A stretch of DNA of 35,056 nucleotides from a virus (taxonomy: Duplodnaviria > Caudoviricetes): positions 1-35,056 of the IMG/VR virus record IMGVR_UViG_3300037478_000172; one strand, 5' to 3'. The notes beneath the pieces are model-generated. The model made no database searches, was not told the origin of the DNA, and saw only the letters and a list, made by a program, of their open reading frames with translations. A program made the translations under genes and the position numbers. Shown here piece after piece: positions 1 through 8,135 of this stretch; position 1 is the stretch's first letter, and every line of letters begins with the position of its first letter.

Positions 1-25
1 TCCGTAGCCTCCCGGGGGAGGGGGG

Positions 26-304
26 TCACCAGTCGCGGGACGATCGAACGGGTTCGAGCTGTGGTCGGCCGATGCCGCGGCGTTGATTGCATCGTCGATG
101 CGCGGCCTTGACGTTCGTGCGGTCGAGCTCGGGCCCGCCTCGGGCGACGGGGCGGAGGTGATCCATCGTGAACGACCAGGGGTGGGGTGCCCTGAGCTCA
201 GGGTCGATCGCTCGGCCGCACAGGTGACAGATCGTCTCCTCGCGTCGTACTCGTTCTCGGAGGCGTCGGATCGCCGATGTGTCCTGTCGTTTGGGCAGGG
301 GCAC
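26..304 (-). CDS. HNH endonuclease (terminase-associated type)
   Basis: CHLC...DHLRP..RGG....N...AHRRCN..RG motif; last gene before the genome end/terS. Start re-set to GTG 304 (ORF track extends to 409). Confidence 0.9.
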   Translation of the reverse strand: MPLPKRQDTSAIRRLRERVRREETICHLCGRAIDPELRAPHPWSFTMDHLRPVARGGPELDRTNVKAAHRRCNQRRGIGRPQLEPVRSSRDW

Positions 305-514
305 GGGGCCTCCCGGGGTGTTGGCCGGGGGGTGTTTCCGGGCGGGGTGCTTCCCGGGAGGAGCTCGGGCAGGGCGACCGCCCGGGGTCGCTACTCCTCG
401 GGCAGGCACGAGCGGCGGCCAGACCTCGACGCCCGCAGAACGGACGCCAGCCGCCCAGCCTGAGACGCGACGAACGCCCGCCGTGTGGGCGGACGTCCGG
501 TCACTTAGCGGCGG

Positions 515-543
515 ACAGTAGTCGGCGGTGACGTTCTACTCAA
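515..543 (-). promoter_or_regulatory. Putative sigmaA-type late promoter (TTGAGT-17-TACTGT)
   Basis: -35 at 543-538, 17-nt spacer, -10 at 520-515; overlaps the stop of the upstream gene and points to HNH and the genome end. Confidence 0.5.
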
Positions 544-1111
544 GCACCAGGGCTTTCGCTTGGGTACGGGTCTCGGGCTTGAGCTCCCGTGTGCGCCAGG
601 TGAGGAACCCTTGTCGGTCGGCGTGCGGGGTGCGGCGCCTGTAGCGGATCCATGCCTGATGACAGGAGGGGCAGAGCCCGGAGCGGAGCCTGTCGTGCAG
701 GTTCTTTCGGGGGTTGCACAGGTGGTCACAGGTGGACACGACACAGGGTCCGGTGCCGGCGGGCACGATGTCGTCGTCGGAGGCGTGAGCGAGGATCCGG
801 GCGACGAGGCCCTCGGCCGGGGCGAGCGTGTCGTCGAGGGCGTCGAGGGCGCGGGCGAGGTCGTAGTCGAGGTCGGCGAACAGGGCCCGGGTCGTGCCGG
901 CGCGCTCGGTCGAGCTCGTGTGATCCGAGCTCCGCCCTCCCCCATCGCCGATCGTCCTCGACGGGTAACCGGCCGAGGCGTAGGTCTGAGCCCTGCATCG
1001 GAGGCAGCCGCAATCGCGGAACCCGTCGAGGTGCGGGAACGCTTCGAGGGTCGAGGCGAGGTTCCTCAGCCGGGCGGCGAGGGCGAGGTCCGGGTCGTCG
1101 TATCGGTTCAT
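536..1111 (-). CDS. Cys-rich (Zn-binding) protein, candidate late-gene regulator
   Basis: CGCLRC and C..C..C...GLCPSCH motifs; ATGA overlap with upstream gene; position at end of early operon. Function is inferred. Confidence 0.7.
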   Translation of the reverse strand: MNRYDDPDLALAARLRNLASTLEAFPHLDGFRDCGCLRCRAQTYASAGYPSRTIGDGGGRSSDHTSSTERAGTTRALFADLDYDLARALDALDDTLAPAEGLVARILAHASDDDIVPAGTGPCVVSTCDHLCNPRKNLHDRLRSGLCPSCHQAWIRYRRRTPHADRQGFLTWRTRELKPETRTQAKALVLE

Positions 1112-1464
1112 TCGGCGGCCTCGGCGTACTCGACGGCGAATCGGGTTTGATGGTCGGTGCAGACCATGAGCCACACGCCGTCGGGGGTCCGCGCCCAGGC
1201 GACGGCGTCCTCCTCGCACGGTTCCTGATCCTCGACCTCGCACGTGCCGGCGGGCATGGGCTGGCGCCAGCGCGGGCGGGACGAGAACAGGATCCAAACC
1301 TCCTCGACGAGCTCGACGGGCGCGCTCAGGTCGTCGTCGATGAGGTCGAGGTCGAGGATCCACCGGTATTCGCCGGCGATGGGCTCGCCGTCGGCGCGCC
1401 TGTACGCGGTCATGGTGATGGGCCAGTCGGCCGCGGTCGGTCGTCTCACGGTCGGGTCAGTCAC
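1108..1464 (-). CDS. Hypothetical protein with C-terminal C-x7-C...CxxH
   Basis: GTG at 1464 overlaps stop of the rep gene; high-GC3 codon usage; 118 aa. Confidence 0.7.
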   Translation of the reverse strand: MTDPTVRRPTAADWPITMTAYRRADGEPIAGEYRWILDLDLIDDDLSAPVELVEEVWILFSSRPRWRQPMPAGTCEVEDQEPCEEDAVAWARTPDGVWLMVCTDHQTRFAVEYAEAAE

Positions 1465-2332
1465 GGTCGGGCTCCTGTGGTACGGATCGGAGAGCTCGAC
1501 GGGCCGCCGAGGTGCCGGCGACGTTGAGCTCGGGATCGGGGGCGGTCTGTGCGAGGTCGTGGGCCTGAGCGGAGCCGGCCTCCTGGCGAGCTCGGGCGGC
1601 GGCCTGTGGATCGTCGAGGCGGTGGTCGAGGCGGTCGTCGAGGCGGTCGGCGAGCTCGGTCGGGTTGAGCCGGGGGTGCTCGAACGCCAGGCGGACGAGC
1701 TCGGCGCCGTGTCGGGCCCGTCGGCCTTGGATCGCTTTCCGGGTCCAGGCGTCGACGTCGTGCAGGGGTTCTCGGTCGGATCGGGTCTGTCGGTCGGTGA
1801 GGTCTCGGTCGGCGAGGATCGACAGAGCGGTCTCGACCCGTTGCTCCTGACGTCGACGAGTGTTCCGGCCCTCCTCAGGTGGATCGGCGCCTCGTGAGTC
1901 ACTAGACGACGAGTTATCAACAGGTCGGGTCGGGTCGGGGTTACCCGAACTTCGCTGATTGTTCGCCGGAACGTTCGCCGATTGTTCGGGCGAACTTCGG
2001 CGTTTGTTACTGCGGGCTTTCGCCATACGGTCACGGGCCGCCTTGCGCTCCGCCTCGACCTCGGCTCGGGCGGGCTGATAGTCGAGGAAGTCGTGCAACA
2101 CGTAGTCGTCGCCGTCCTCGTGCCACAGCCCGGCCTCGACCAGAGCCGCGATGTGGCGGGTCGGCTGAGGTATGTCGGCCAGGCGGCGGGCCTTGACCTT
2201 CGGCACCCGGCCGTCCGTCAGGTGGCGAGCGCAGTAGCACATAGCGACGACGTGCAACCACCCGGCCAGCGGCCCGGCGCGCTCGACCTTTGGATGGTCG
2301 GCGAAACCGTCGTCGAGTCGAACCCAGGGCAT
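1457..2332 (-). CDS. Phage replication initiator (RepA-like)
   Basis: MPWVRLDDGFADHPKV...YCARHLTDGRVP...LVEAGLW....Y.LHDFLDYQP N-terminal domain typical of actinophage replication initiators; TGATG coupling; internal iterons. Confidence 0.8.
   Translation of the reverse strand: MPWVRLDDGFADHPKVERAGPLAGWLHVVAMCYCARHLTDGRVPKVKARRLADIPQPTRHIAALVEAGLWHEDGDDYVLHDFLDYQPARAEVEAERKAARDRMAKARSNKRRSSPEQSANVPANNQRSSGNPDPTRPVDNSSSSDSRGADPPEEGRNTRRRQEQRVETALSILADRDLTDRQTRSDREPLHDVDAWTRKAIQGRRARHGAELVRLAFEHPRLNPTELADRLDDRLDHRLDDPQAAARARQEAGSAQAHDLAQTAPDPELNVAGTSAARRALRSVPQEPDRD
1946..2000. repeat. Iteron-like repeats, putative replication origin
   Basis: (G/C)TTCG at 1950, 1961, 1973, 1984, 1995 (11-12 bp phasing); CGAACTTCG x2, GATTGTTCG x2; adjacent lower-GC patch 1894-1924. 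Confidence 0.6.
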
Positions 2333-2556
2333 CAGGCGGCCGCCTCCTCGTGTCGTCGGGCCCGGCGAACCCGGGCGGGATAGGTCCAATGGGCGGCCTC
2401 GGGCGAGTGCAGAACCCGGAGCCGTTCTCGGGCGAGGGCGGTCTCGGCGGCGAGCTCGTGGGCGTCGAGGGCGTCAAGGCGCTTCCGGTGCACGGTGGCG
2501 CCGAGGTCGGCGAGTGAGGCCCACAGGAGGCCGAGGAGGCGTGCATCCGGGCTCAC
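2332..2556 (-). CDS. Hypothetical protein
   Basis: GTGA overlap start; 74 aa (VSPDARLLGLLW...). Confidence 0.65.
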   Translation of the reverse strand: MSPDARLLGLLWASLADLGATVHRKRLDALDAHELAAETALARERLRVLHSPEAAHWTYPARVRRARRHEEAAA

Positions 2557-2774
2557 GAGACGGCCTCTAGGGGCTCGAACGTGATCGGCGCCCGGAGCCG
2601 GCGCGCCTGGACGGCGCACGTCTCGCACACGGACCACGTCTCGCCGGTGTCCTCGTGGCGCGCCGAGTAGCGGGCGTCGCCGTTCCGGCAGGTCTGACAG
2701 GTGGCGTTCTTCCGGGTCGCGGCCCATCGGCCGCCCTGACGTCCGTAGCGCGTCGTCGTCGCCGAGGAGGGCAT
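2553..2774 (-). CDS. Small Zn-finger-like protein (CQTC...CETC)
   Basis: TGATG coupling; two CxxC motifs; 73 aa. Confidence 0.7.
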   Translation of the reverse strand: MPSSATTTRYGRQGGRWAATRKNATCQTCRNGDARYSARHEDTGETWSVCETCAVQARRLRAPITFEPLEAVS

Positions 2775-2947
2775 CAGGGCGCCCTCCCGGGCAGGGCGAG
2801 CGTCTCGTGCCACTCCCACGAGTCGTCGTAACAGGTGCAGTCGTCCCGGTCGACGGAGGCGACACACGAGCCGTGATCGCCGGACGCGCACGGGTCACAG
2901 GCGCCGAGGCGGGAGCTCGCGGCGTGCGAGGGCGCGCCTCGGGTCAC
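2774..2947 (-). CDS. Small Cys-rich protein (CDPC...H..C...CTC)
   Basis: GTGA overlap start; 57 aa; coupled on both sides. Confidence 0.6.
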   Translation of the reverse strand: MTRGAPSHAASSRLGACDPCASGDHGSCVASVDRDDCTCYDDSWEWHETLALPGRAP

Positions 2948-3486
2948 CAGGGCCGCCCGGCGTCGTTCTGATCCGACCAGAGGTCGCGGCGCTCGGCTCG
3001 AACGGTGGCGTCGTACTCGGCCTCGGGCATGTAGCCGGTCGGGAGGTAGAAACCCCACAGGCGCCGGCGGGGCCCCTTGATGACGAGGGTCCACGAGGTG
3101 CGCCGGAACAGGCGGGCGACCGTGTGGCACTCGTCGAGGCGCATAGTGCGGATCGAGCCCGGGCGGCGCGCCACGGGCACGCCTCGATAGGTGAACCGTT
3201 GCGGGTTCTGTTCGGCCGCCTGAGCGATCACGGAGGCGTCGCGGGTGTCGGCCCGGAGCTCGACGTATCCGCCCCACAGGACGACCGACACGAACGACCA
3301 GGGGTGATCGTGCAGATCGACGCCCGGGTCGGGTGCCTGCATCCGGTGCAACATCACGCCGCCGATCCGGTCGTGAGTGATGCTCCATCGGTCGAGGTAG
3401 ACCTCGCCGTCGGCCCGGCGGAGCGTCAGCCGGCGATAGAGGCCCGCCCGCCGGGTCGTCTCCCACGTGTCGTCGAGGCGCTTCAC
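2944..3486 (-). CDS. Cupin-fold protein (cysteine-dioxygenase-like phage family)
   Basis: LHDHPWSFVSVVLWGGYVE motif, later H (CHTV) and WTLVIKGPR..WGF; GTGA overlap start. Confidence 0.7.
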   Translation of the reverse strand: MKRLDDTWETTRRAGLYRRLTLRRADGEVYLDRWSITHDRIGGVMLHRMQAPDPGVDLHDHPWSFVSVVLWGGYVELRADTRDASVIAQAAEQNPQRFTYRGVPVARRPGSIRTMRLDECHTVARLFRRTSWTLVIKGPRRRLWGFYLPTGYMPEAEYDATVRAERRDLWSDQNDAGRPW

Positions 3487-3788
3487 GGCGTGCTCCTCGG
3501 CGTCTCGGCCGTGGGCTCCGGTGGCGGGGCGACCTCGATCATGTGGATCGGTAGCCCGCCCCACGTCGAGAGCCAGAGCGTGCCGCCACGGGCGAGGTGT
3601 GCGAGCTCGACCTCGTCGAGCTGCCACGCGACCCGCATTACCGGGCCTCCGGCGTCGGGCAGGGTGGCGATCGCCGGGCAGGGAATGACGTCAGGCGCCT
3701 CCTCGGGCCCGCCGATCGTCACCACGTCAGAGCAAGGCATTCCGCGCCAGTAGGCGACCTGTGCGGGCGTCGGGACGATCGGTTTCAC
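3483..3788 (-). CDS. Hypothetical protein
   Basis: GTGA overlap; WQLDEVELAHLARGGTLWL motif; 101 aa. Confidence 0.7.
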   Translation of the reverse strand: MKPIVPTPAQVAYWRGMPCSDVVTIGGPEEAPDVIPCPAIATLPDAGGPVMRVAWQLDEVELAHLARGGTLWLSTWGGLPIHMIEVAPPPEPTAETPRSTP

Positions 3789-3976
3789 GGCGCGACCCTC
3801 GGCGAGCTCCGGTGCGAGCGGTGGCCGTTCCGGCAGGCGCACGTGTCGTCGACGGCGGGCCTCGTGGCGTCGAGGGCCCGGCCGAGGGCGGCGGCGGCGA
3901 TCATCACGGCGGCGCCGAGGGCGAACAGGACGGGCCGCACGATCCCGCGCATCGGTGGGCGCTTCGGGACAGGCAT
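3785..3976 (-). CDS. Small membrane protein with C-terminal CAC..H
   Basis: GGAGG RBS, TGATG coupling, hydrophobic stretch VLFALGAAVMIAAAAL. Confidence 0.6.
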   Translation of the reverse strand: MPVPKRPPMRGIVRPVLFALGAAVMIAAAALGRALDATRPAVDDTCACRNGHRSHRSSPRVAP

Positions 3977-4185
3977 CAGGAGACCTCCGGCAGGGCGGGA
4001 GCCTCGATCCCGGCGCCGGCGCACGCCGTGCACACGGTCCGGCCCGCGATCTGTCGGCCTCGACCACAGGAGGGGCACGGGCGCGACCTCTGTTGAGGCT
4101 TTCGCTCGGGCGGGCAGTAGGCGCACGTGGTCCGGCCGTGTGCGCACGGCGTCGATCGGGTCGGGAGTCGGCGAGGGACAGCCAT
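3976..4185 (-). CDS. Small Cys-rich Zn-finger protein
   Basis: GGAGG RBS, TGATG coupling; CAH..CAYC, CPSC, CTAC. Confidence 0.65.
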   Translation of the reverse strand: MAVPRRLPTRSTPCAHGRTTCAYCPPERKPQQRSRPCPSCGRGRQIAGRTVCTACAGAGIEAPALPEVS

Positions 4186-4511
4186 CAGGAGACCTCCTGC
4201 AATTCGTCGTAGATCGTGAGCTGAGGGTCGGGTTCGGCCGGGACGGCGACGGCGTGGTGTTCGAGCCATCGGGCGGCGGTGAGGAGCGCCCACGCGAGCT
4301 GACGGAGCTCAGCGGGGCGTGTGACGCCGCTCCGGAACGCCGGCCGCGGCCAGACGTCGAGGTGTACGTGAGCGGGGGCCTCGTCGAGGCGGGCCCGGAG
4401 CGAGAGCTCGACGTCGGCGGCGTGGCGCCAGCGGGCGACCTCGCCGACGTGTTGACGGAGGTCTCGGCGGGGCGCCTCGACGAACCCGACGGGCGGGCCC
4501 GGGGTGGTCAC
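4185..4511 (-). CDS. Hypothetical protein
   Basis: ORF track 108 aa, coupled at both ends. Confidence 0.7.
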   Translation of the reverse strand: MTTPGPPVGFVEAPRRDLRQHVGEVARWRHAADVELSLRARLDEAPAHVHLDVWPRPAFRSGVTRPAELRQLAWALLTAARWLEHHAVAVPAEPDPQLTIYDELQEVS

Positions 4512-4669
4512 CTCGCCTCCGATGGCTGGTCACTGAGGCTGAGGCGGAGCCGGCGCCGTACGGGTTGCGCGGGCGCGGTGGTGAACCCGCACGCCTGCTC
4601 GACTTCGCGTTTGCGGGTCTCCCGGAGGGCGAGGCGCCGCTCGTACTCCTCCCGATCGCCCGGGTTCAC
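4508..4669 (-). CDS. Hypothetical protein
   Basis: GTGA overlap with VRR-NUC stop; 53 aa. Confidence 0.55.
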   Translation of the reverse strand: MNPGDREEYERRLALRETRKREVEQACGFTTAPAQPVRRRLRLSLSDQPSEAR

Positions 4670-5043
4670 GGCCGCCTCCGTCGGAGCGTCGCCTCGACCT
4701 CGGGCCAGTCGGACGGACGCCACACGTGCACCTCAGCGCCGGCGGCCCGGAACGCGATCAGCCACTCGCGCTGATCGCCGCGGAGGCGGCCGGTGTCAGA
4801 CTTGAGCTCGACGAACATCACGCGGTCGCGCACGAGGACGACGTCGACGAACCCGGCGCCGTCGGCGGCGACAGGCGTCGCCCATCCGCGGGCGGCGCGG
4901 GCGGCGCGGAAGTGAGCGACCCGCCAGCCGAGGAGGCGGGCGAGGCCGATGAACTGTTCCTGAAACTCGGCCTCGGAGAGCGCCGGCCGCCGGTCAGGCG
5001 ACAGCTCCCGGCCGGTGGCCGGCGCGGACTGTGGAGAGCTCAC
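4666..5043 (-). CDS. VRR-NUC domain nuclease
   Basis: SEAEFQ...GFVDVVLVR...FVELKS..GRL...Q.EW....AG..V.VWRP.D PD-(D/E)xK pattern. Confidence 0.88.
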   Translation of the reverse strand: MSSPQSAPATGRELSPDRRPALSEAEFQEQFIGLARLLGWRVAHFRAARAARGWATPVAADGAGFVDVVLVRDRVMFVELKSDTGRLRGDQREWLIAFRAAGAEVHVWRPSDWPEVEATLRRRRP

Positions 5044-5330
5044 AGGTCGAGCTCCTGAGCGACGGCCCGGCCATACGCCGCGAGCTCGACGCGGAGCTCC
5101 CACGGCGAGTCGAACCGGGCGATGCCGCGCCTCACGAGCGAGTCGACGGTCGGCCGGGCGACCTTGAGGAGTCGGTCGCCGGGCGCCGTGGTCCGGTTGC
5201 TGACGAGCACGGGCCGCCGGTTCTTGTGGCCGTCGGCCAGAACGCGGAGGGCCCGGCGCTGAGGGTCAGAGAGCTCGGCCGCCTCGGCGGCGACGGCCCG
5301 CTCGCCGTCCGTGAACTCGACGGCGTTCAC
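5040..5330 (-). CDS. Hypothetical protein (possible winged-helix)
   Basis: GTGA overlap; LSDPQRRALRVL...TVDSLVRRGI pattern. Confidence 0.65.
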   Translation of the reverse strand: MNAVEFTDGERAVAAEAAELSDPQRRALRVLADGHKNRRPVLVSNRTTAPGDRLLKVARPTVDSLVRRGIARFDSPWELRVELAAYGRAVAQELDL

Positions 5331-5494
5331 GAGGTCGCCTCGGTGGTCGCGCCGTCCGTGTCCGTGATGTGTTCGAGGCCGCTCCGCCATGCCGCGAGCC
5401 ACGGGTCGACGGCGGCGTCGGGGTGCCAGTCCTCGGACTCGACGACGGCGACCGCCGTGCCGTCCGGGTCGAGGCGGAATTCGAGCCGGATCAC
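5327..5494 (-). CDS. Hypothetical protein (not in ORF track)
   Basis: Manually translated VIRLEFRLDPDGTAVAVVESEDWHPDAAVDPWLAAWRSGLEH...; 55 aa; exactly fills the gap with GTGA overlaps. Confidence 0.65.
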   Translation of the reverse strand: MIRLEFRLDPDGTAVAVVESEDWHPDAAVDPWLAAWRSGLEHITDTDGATTEATS

Positions 5495-6432
5495 TTGCCG
5501 GCCTTGGCCGTGGCGGCGATCGCCTCGTCGGAGCCGCCGGCCTCGGCGACGTTCTGCACGGCCTCGGCGGTCCTGTCAGCGGGCTCGCCGGGCGGGAGCT
5601 CGGCGACGGCCTCGTCGGTCGTGACGAACTCGTCGCCCTCGACGTCGATCGCCCCGGTCTCGGGATCGAACCGGAGGGGCTGTTCCTCGCGGGCGAGCAC
5701 GGTCTCGGCCTCGGCGGTCAGGTCGAGGAACGGGGCGAGGTCTCGGATCGCCGACTTGCGCCACATTGCTTCCGGCCAGCGGAGCCACGGGCTAGAGGCG
5801 TTGTCCTTCGCCTTGAACGACTCGGAGTGAGCGCGCCGGGCCTCGACCTGGATCCGGTCGAGCACGGTCTGAGCTCGGCCTCCGCCGTGGAACCACACGA
5901 TCGCGAACGCGTGCGTCAGCTCGCCCCGGTCCTCGCCCGGTTTCCACGCCAGGTAGGGGCCCTCCTCGGCGTAGCCGTAGTCGAGGAGGTCGCCCTCGCG
6001 GACGACCTCGGCGACGACCGACTTCACGGACGACGACCGGCGGGAGAGCTTGAGGATCCCTCGATACCCGATGGACAGTTGCGCCTCCTGGCGCTCGTCC
6101 CGGCGGCCGCGGTTGCGCTTCCGCGGCAGGATCCAACACTCCTGAGTCGGCGTGTTCGGTTCGAGGCCCACGGCCGCGGCCTGGCCGGCGGTGAGGAGGA
6201 ACGAGGCGGCGCCCTCTCGCGTAGCGAAACACTTCGCGAGGTCGGGCGCCTGACGAACGGCGTTGATCGTCATCTGAGCGAACCGTTTCCGGTCGACGTG
6301 CGCCGGGAGGACGGCGTCGAGCATCGCGGCTTGCTTGTCGATGTAGTCCTTAGCGATCTGAGCCAGGGTCGGTTTCTTGGCCTCCTCGACGGCGGCCTCG
6401 TCGCGCTTGGCGACGGCGTTTCGGACGGTCAT
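5491..6432 (-). CDS. recT: RecT-family single-strand annealing recombinase
   Basis: VLPAHVD..RF......AVRQ.PDL..C, GLEPN....C.ILP, QLSIGYRG..KL.RRS, W....EAMWRKSAIR; follows YqaJ nuclease. Confidence 0.92.
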   Translation of the reverse strand: MTVRNAVAKRDEAAVEEAKKPTLAQIAKDYIDKQAAMLDAVLPAHVDRKRFAQMTINAVRQAPDLAKCFATREGAASFLLTAGQAAAVGLEPNTPTQECWILPRKRNRGRRDERQEAQLSIGYRGILKLSRRSSSVKSVVAEVVREGDLLDYGYAEEGPYLAWKPGEDRGELTHAFAIVWFHGGGRAQTVLDRIQVEARRAHSESFKAKDNASSPWLRWPEAMWRKSAIRDLAPFLDLTAEAETVLAREEQPLRFDPETGAIDVEGDEFVTTDEAVAELPPGEPADRTAEAVQNVAEAGGSDEAIAATAKAGK

Positions 6433-7358
6433 CAGGTGAACCCCTTCGCGGGTCGGAGCACGCGGAACGGAGCCGACTCGTCCTCGGCGCCGCAATGTGT
6501 GCAGGTGGTCTTTCGGGTCTGAGCTCGGAGGGTTACGGCGCGTTGTCCGTCGACGGTGCCCTCCTCGGCCGACTTGAGGGCCCAGCGGATCAGCGCGCCG
6601 GCGGCGGCCTCCTCCTCCTCGGCGGCCTTCCGGGCGCGCTTGGCCTCGGCGAGCATCGTCAGGGCGCCGGCGACGTGGTCGATCGACACGGCCTCGCCGG
6701 GCGTGTGCGTCGGGTAGATCGAGGCGAGGGCCCGGAGCGTGGCGTCGTGGCCGTCGAGCTCGGGAGGGGCGCCCGTCAGGACGTGGCCGCGGTAGAACGC
6801 CTCGACGCGCCCGACGATCAGCTCGACGTCGGCGTCGTCGCGGTCGAGCTCGTACACCTCTAGCCGGCGGCCGTGCAGAACCGGGAGCCACACGTGATCG
6901 AGGCCGGTCACGTGCATTTCCCACTGTTCCTGAGCCTGAATGTGGGCGGGAATCTCCTCCCATCGGCGGCCGGGCCCGGTCGTCTTGATCTGACAGAGGC
7001 CGAGGACGTCGGGGCCCTCGGCGTCGTGGTAGTGCGGGGCGTCCGGGGCGGGGCCCTCGAACACGAACCCGTCGACGGTGCACCGCTTCCACGCGTCGGC
7101 CTCGTGCTCGACCTGTGTCTGAGCGCCGGAGACGGTGAGCCCGGTCCGTTCCTCGAACCACGGGGCGACCATCAGCTCGGCCCAGCGGCCGAACTCCATC
7201 GCCTCGGACTCGTCGTCGCCGTCGAGGAGCCCGACTTTCTCGGCCCACACGGACCAGGGCGACGACCACGGGCTGATGCCGAGGATCGCCGCGACGTCCG
7301 AGGCGCCGATCCCCTGCCGACGCCAGTCGAGCCACTCGGCGCGCTCGACGTCGATCAC
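6432..7358 (-). CDS. YqaJ-like (RecE-type) exonuclease
   Basis: EWLDWRRQGIGASDVAAILGISPW.SP..VW.EK, AMEFG, TVDG, QIKT, QEQWEMHVTG. Confidence 0.92.
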   Translation of the reverse strand: MIDVERAEWLDWRRQGIGASDVAAILGISPWSSPWSVWAEKVGLLDGDDESEAMEFGRWAELMVAPWFEERTGLTVSGAQTQVEHEADAWKRCTVDGFVFEGPAPDAPHYHDAEGPDVLGLCQIKTTGPGRRWEEIPAHIQAQEQWEMHVTGLDHVWLPVLHGRRLEVYELDRDDADVELIVGRVEAFYRGHVLTGAPPELDGHDATLRALASIYPTHTPGEAVSIDHVAGALTMLAEAKRARKAAEEEEAAAGALIRWALKSAEEGTVDGQRAVTLRAQTRKTTCTHCGAEDESAPFRVLRPAKGFT

Positions 7359-7714
7359 GAGGCCCTCCGGTCGATCTGCTCGACCTGGTCGAGGTCGATC
7401 CGGGCGAGAGCCTGTCCGAGGCTGTAGACGCCCGAGCCGACGAACTGCTCGCCGTCTTTCCACCAGACGTAGCGGCGCACGCCGGCCCGGAGGCCGTCGT
7501 ACCACGCGGCCACAGGGTCAGGCGGAGCGCCCTCCGGGCACTCGGCGTGCAGGATCAGATCCCACTCGCGGAGCACCCGGAACGCCGTCGAGTAGCCGAT
7601 CGGGCGGCCGCATCGGACACAGGCCGTGCGGGCAACGGAGCGGGCCCCGCGGCAGTCGAGGTGTTCGCACTCGGTCGAGCACGGGACGGTCGAGGGCCTC
7701 GGCGTCGGGATCAC
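7355..7714 (-). CDS. Hypothetical protein, Cys/His-rich N-terminus
   Basis: ORF track 119 aa; CVRC...H.EC; WWKDGEQFVG motif. Confidence 0.7.
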   Translation of the reverse strand: MIPTPRPSTVPCSTECEHLDCRGARSVARTACVRCGRPIGYSTAFRVLREWDLILHAECPEGAPPDPVAAWYDGLRAGVRRYVWWKDGEQFVGSGVYSLGQALARIDLDQVEQIDRRAS

Positions 7715-7920
7715 AGGTCCACCCGGAAGTTGTCCCGGAGCTCGGGCCTCGGCCGAGGAGCGCCGGCGAGGCGGAACTCGTCGGCGAGCTCGGTGAGGAG
7801 GTCGGGCCCGACGGCCCGGAGCTCGTCCGCGGGGTGGATCGTCGCCGGGTAGTAGCGGGCCCGGACGCGCTCGATCGCCTCGACGGCCCGGGCGAGCGCC
7901 GGCGGTTTCGGGGCGGTCAC
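7711..7920 (-). CDS. Hypothetical protein
   Basis: GTGA overlap; 69 aa. Confidence 0.6.
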   Translation of the reverse strand: MTAPKPPALARAVEAIERVRARYYPATIHPADELRAVGPDLLTELADEFRLAGAPRPRPELRDNFRVDL

Positions 7921-8135
7921 GGTGCCGCCTCCATCCGGATCAGCCCGTGCGCGGTCAGGCCGATGGCGACGCCGAGGACGGCGACGATCCATCCGACGAA
8001 CAGGCCGGCGATCAGCATCAGGAGCCCGAGCCCGAACAGGGCGGCGGCGAGCACCTCGACGCCTCGGAGCGCGACGCCGAGGGCCCTCCGTCGAGCTCGG
8101 TCGAGCTCGTCGCGGTGCCAGTCGTAGGGGCTCAC
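7917..8135 (-). CDS. Small membrane protein (2 TM)
   Basis: Long hydrophobic tract; coupled at both ends. Confidence 0.7.
   Translation of the reverse strand: MSPYDWHRDELDRARRRALGVALRGVEVLAAALFGLGLLMLIAGLFVGWIVAVLGVAIGLTAHGLIRMEAAP

Noticed and set aside
5491-7335. 614-aa RecT with a long N-terminal extension
   Set aside because: The extension overlaps YqaJ in another frame; the real start is the TGATG-coupled ATG at 6432.
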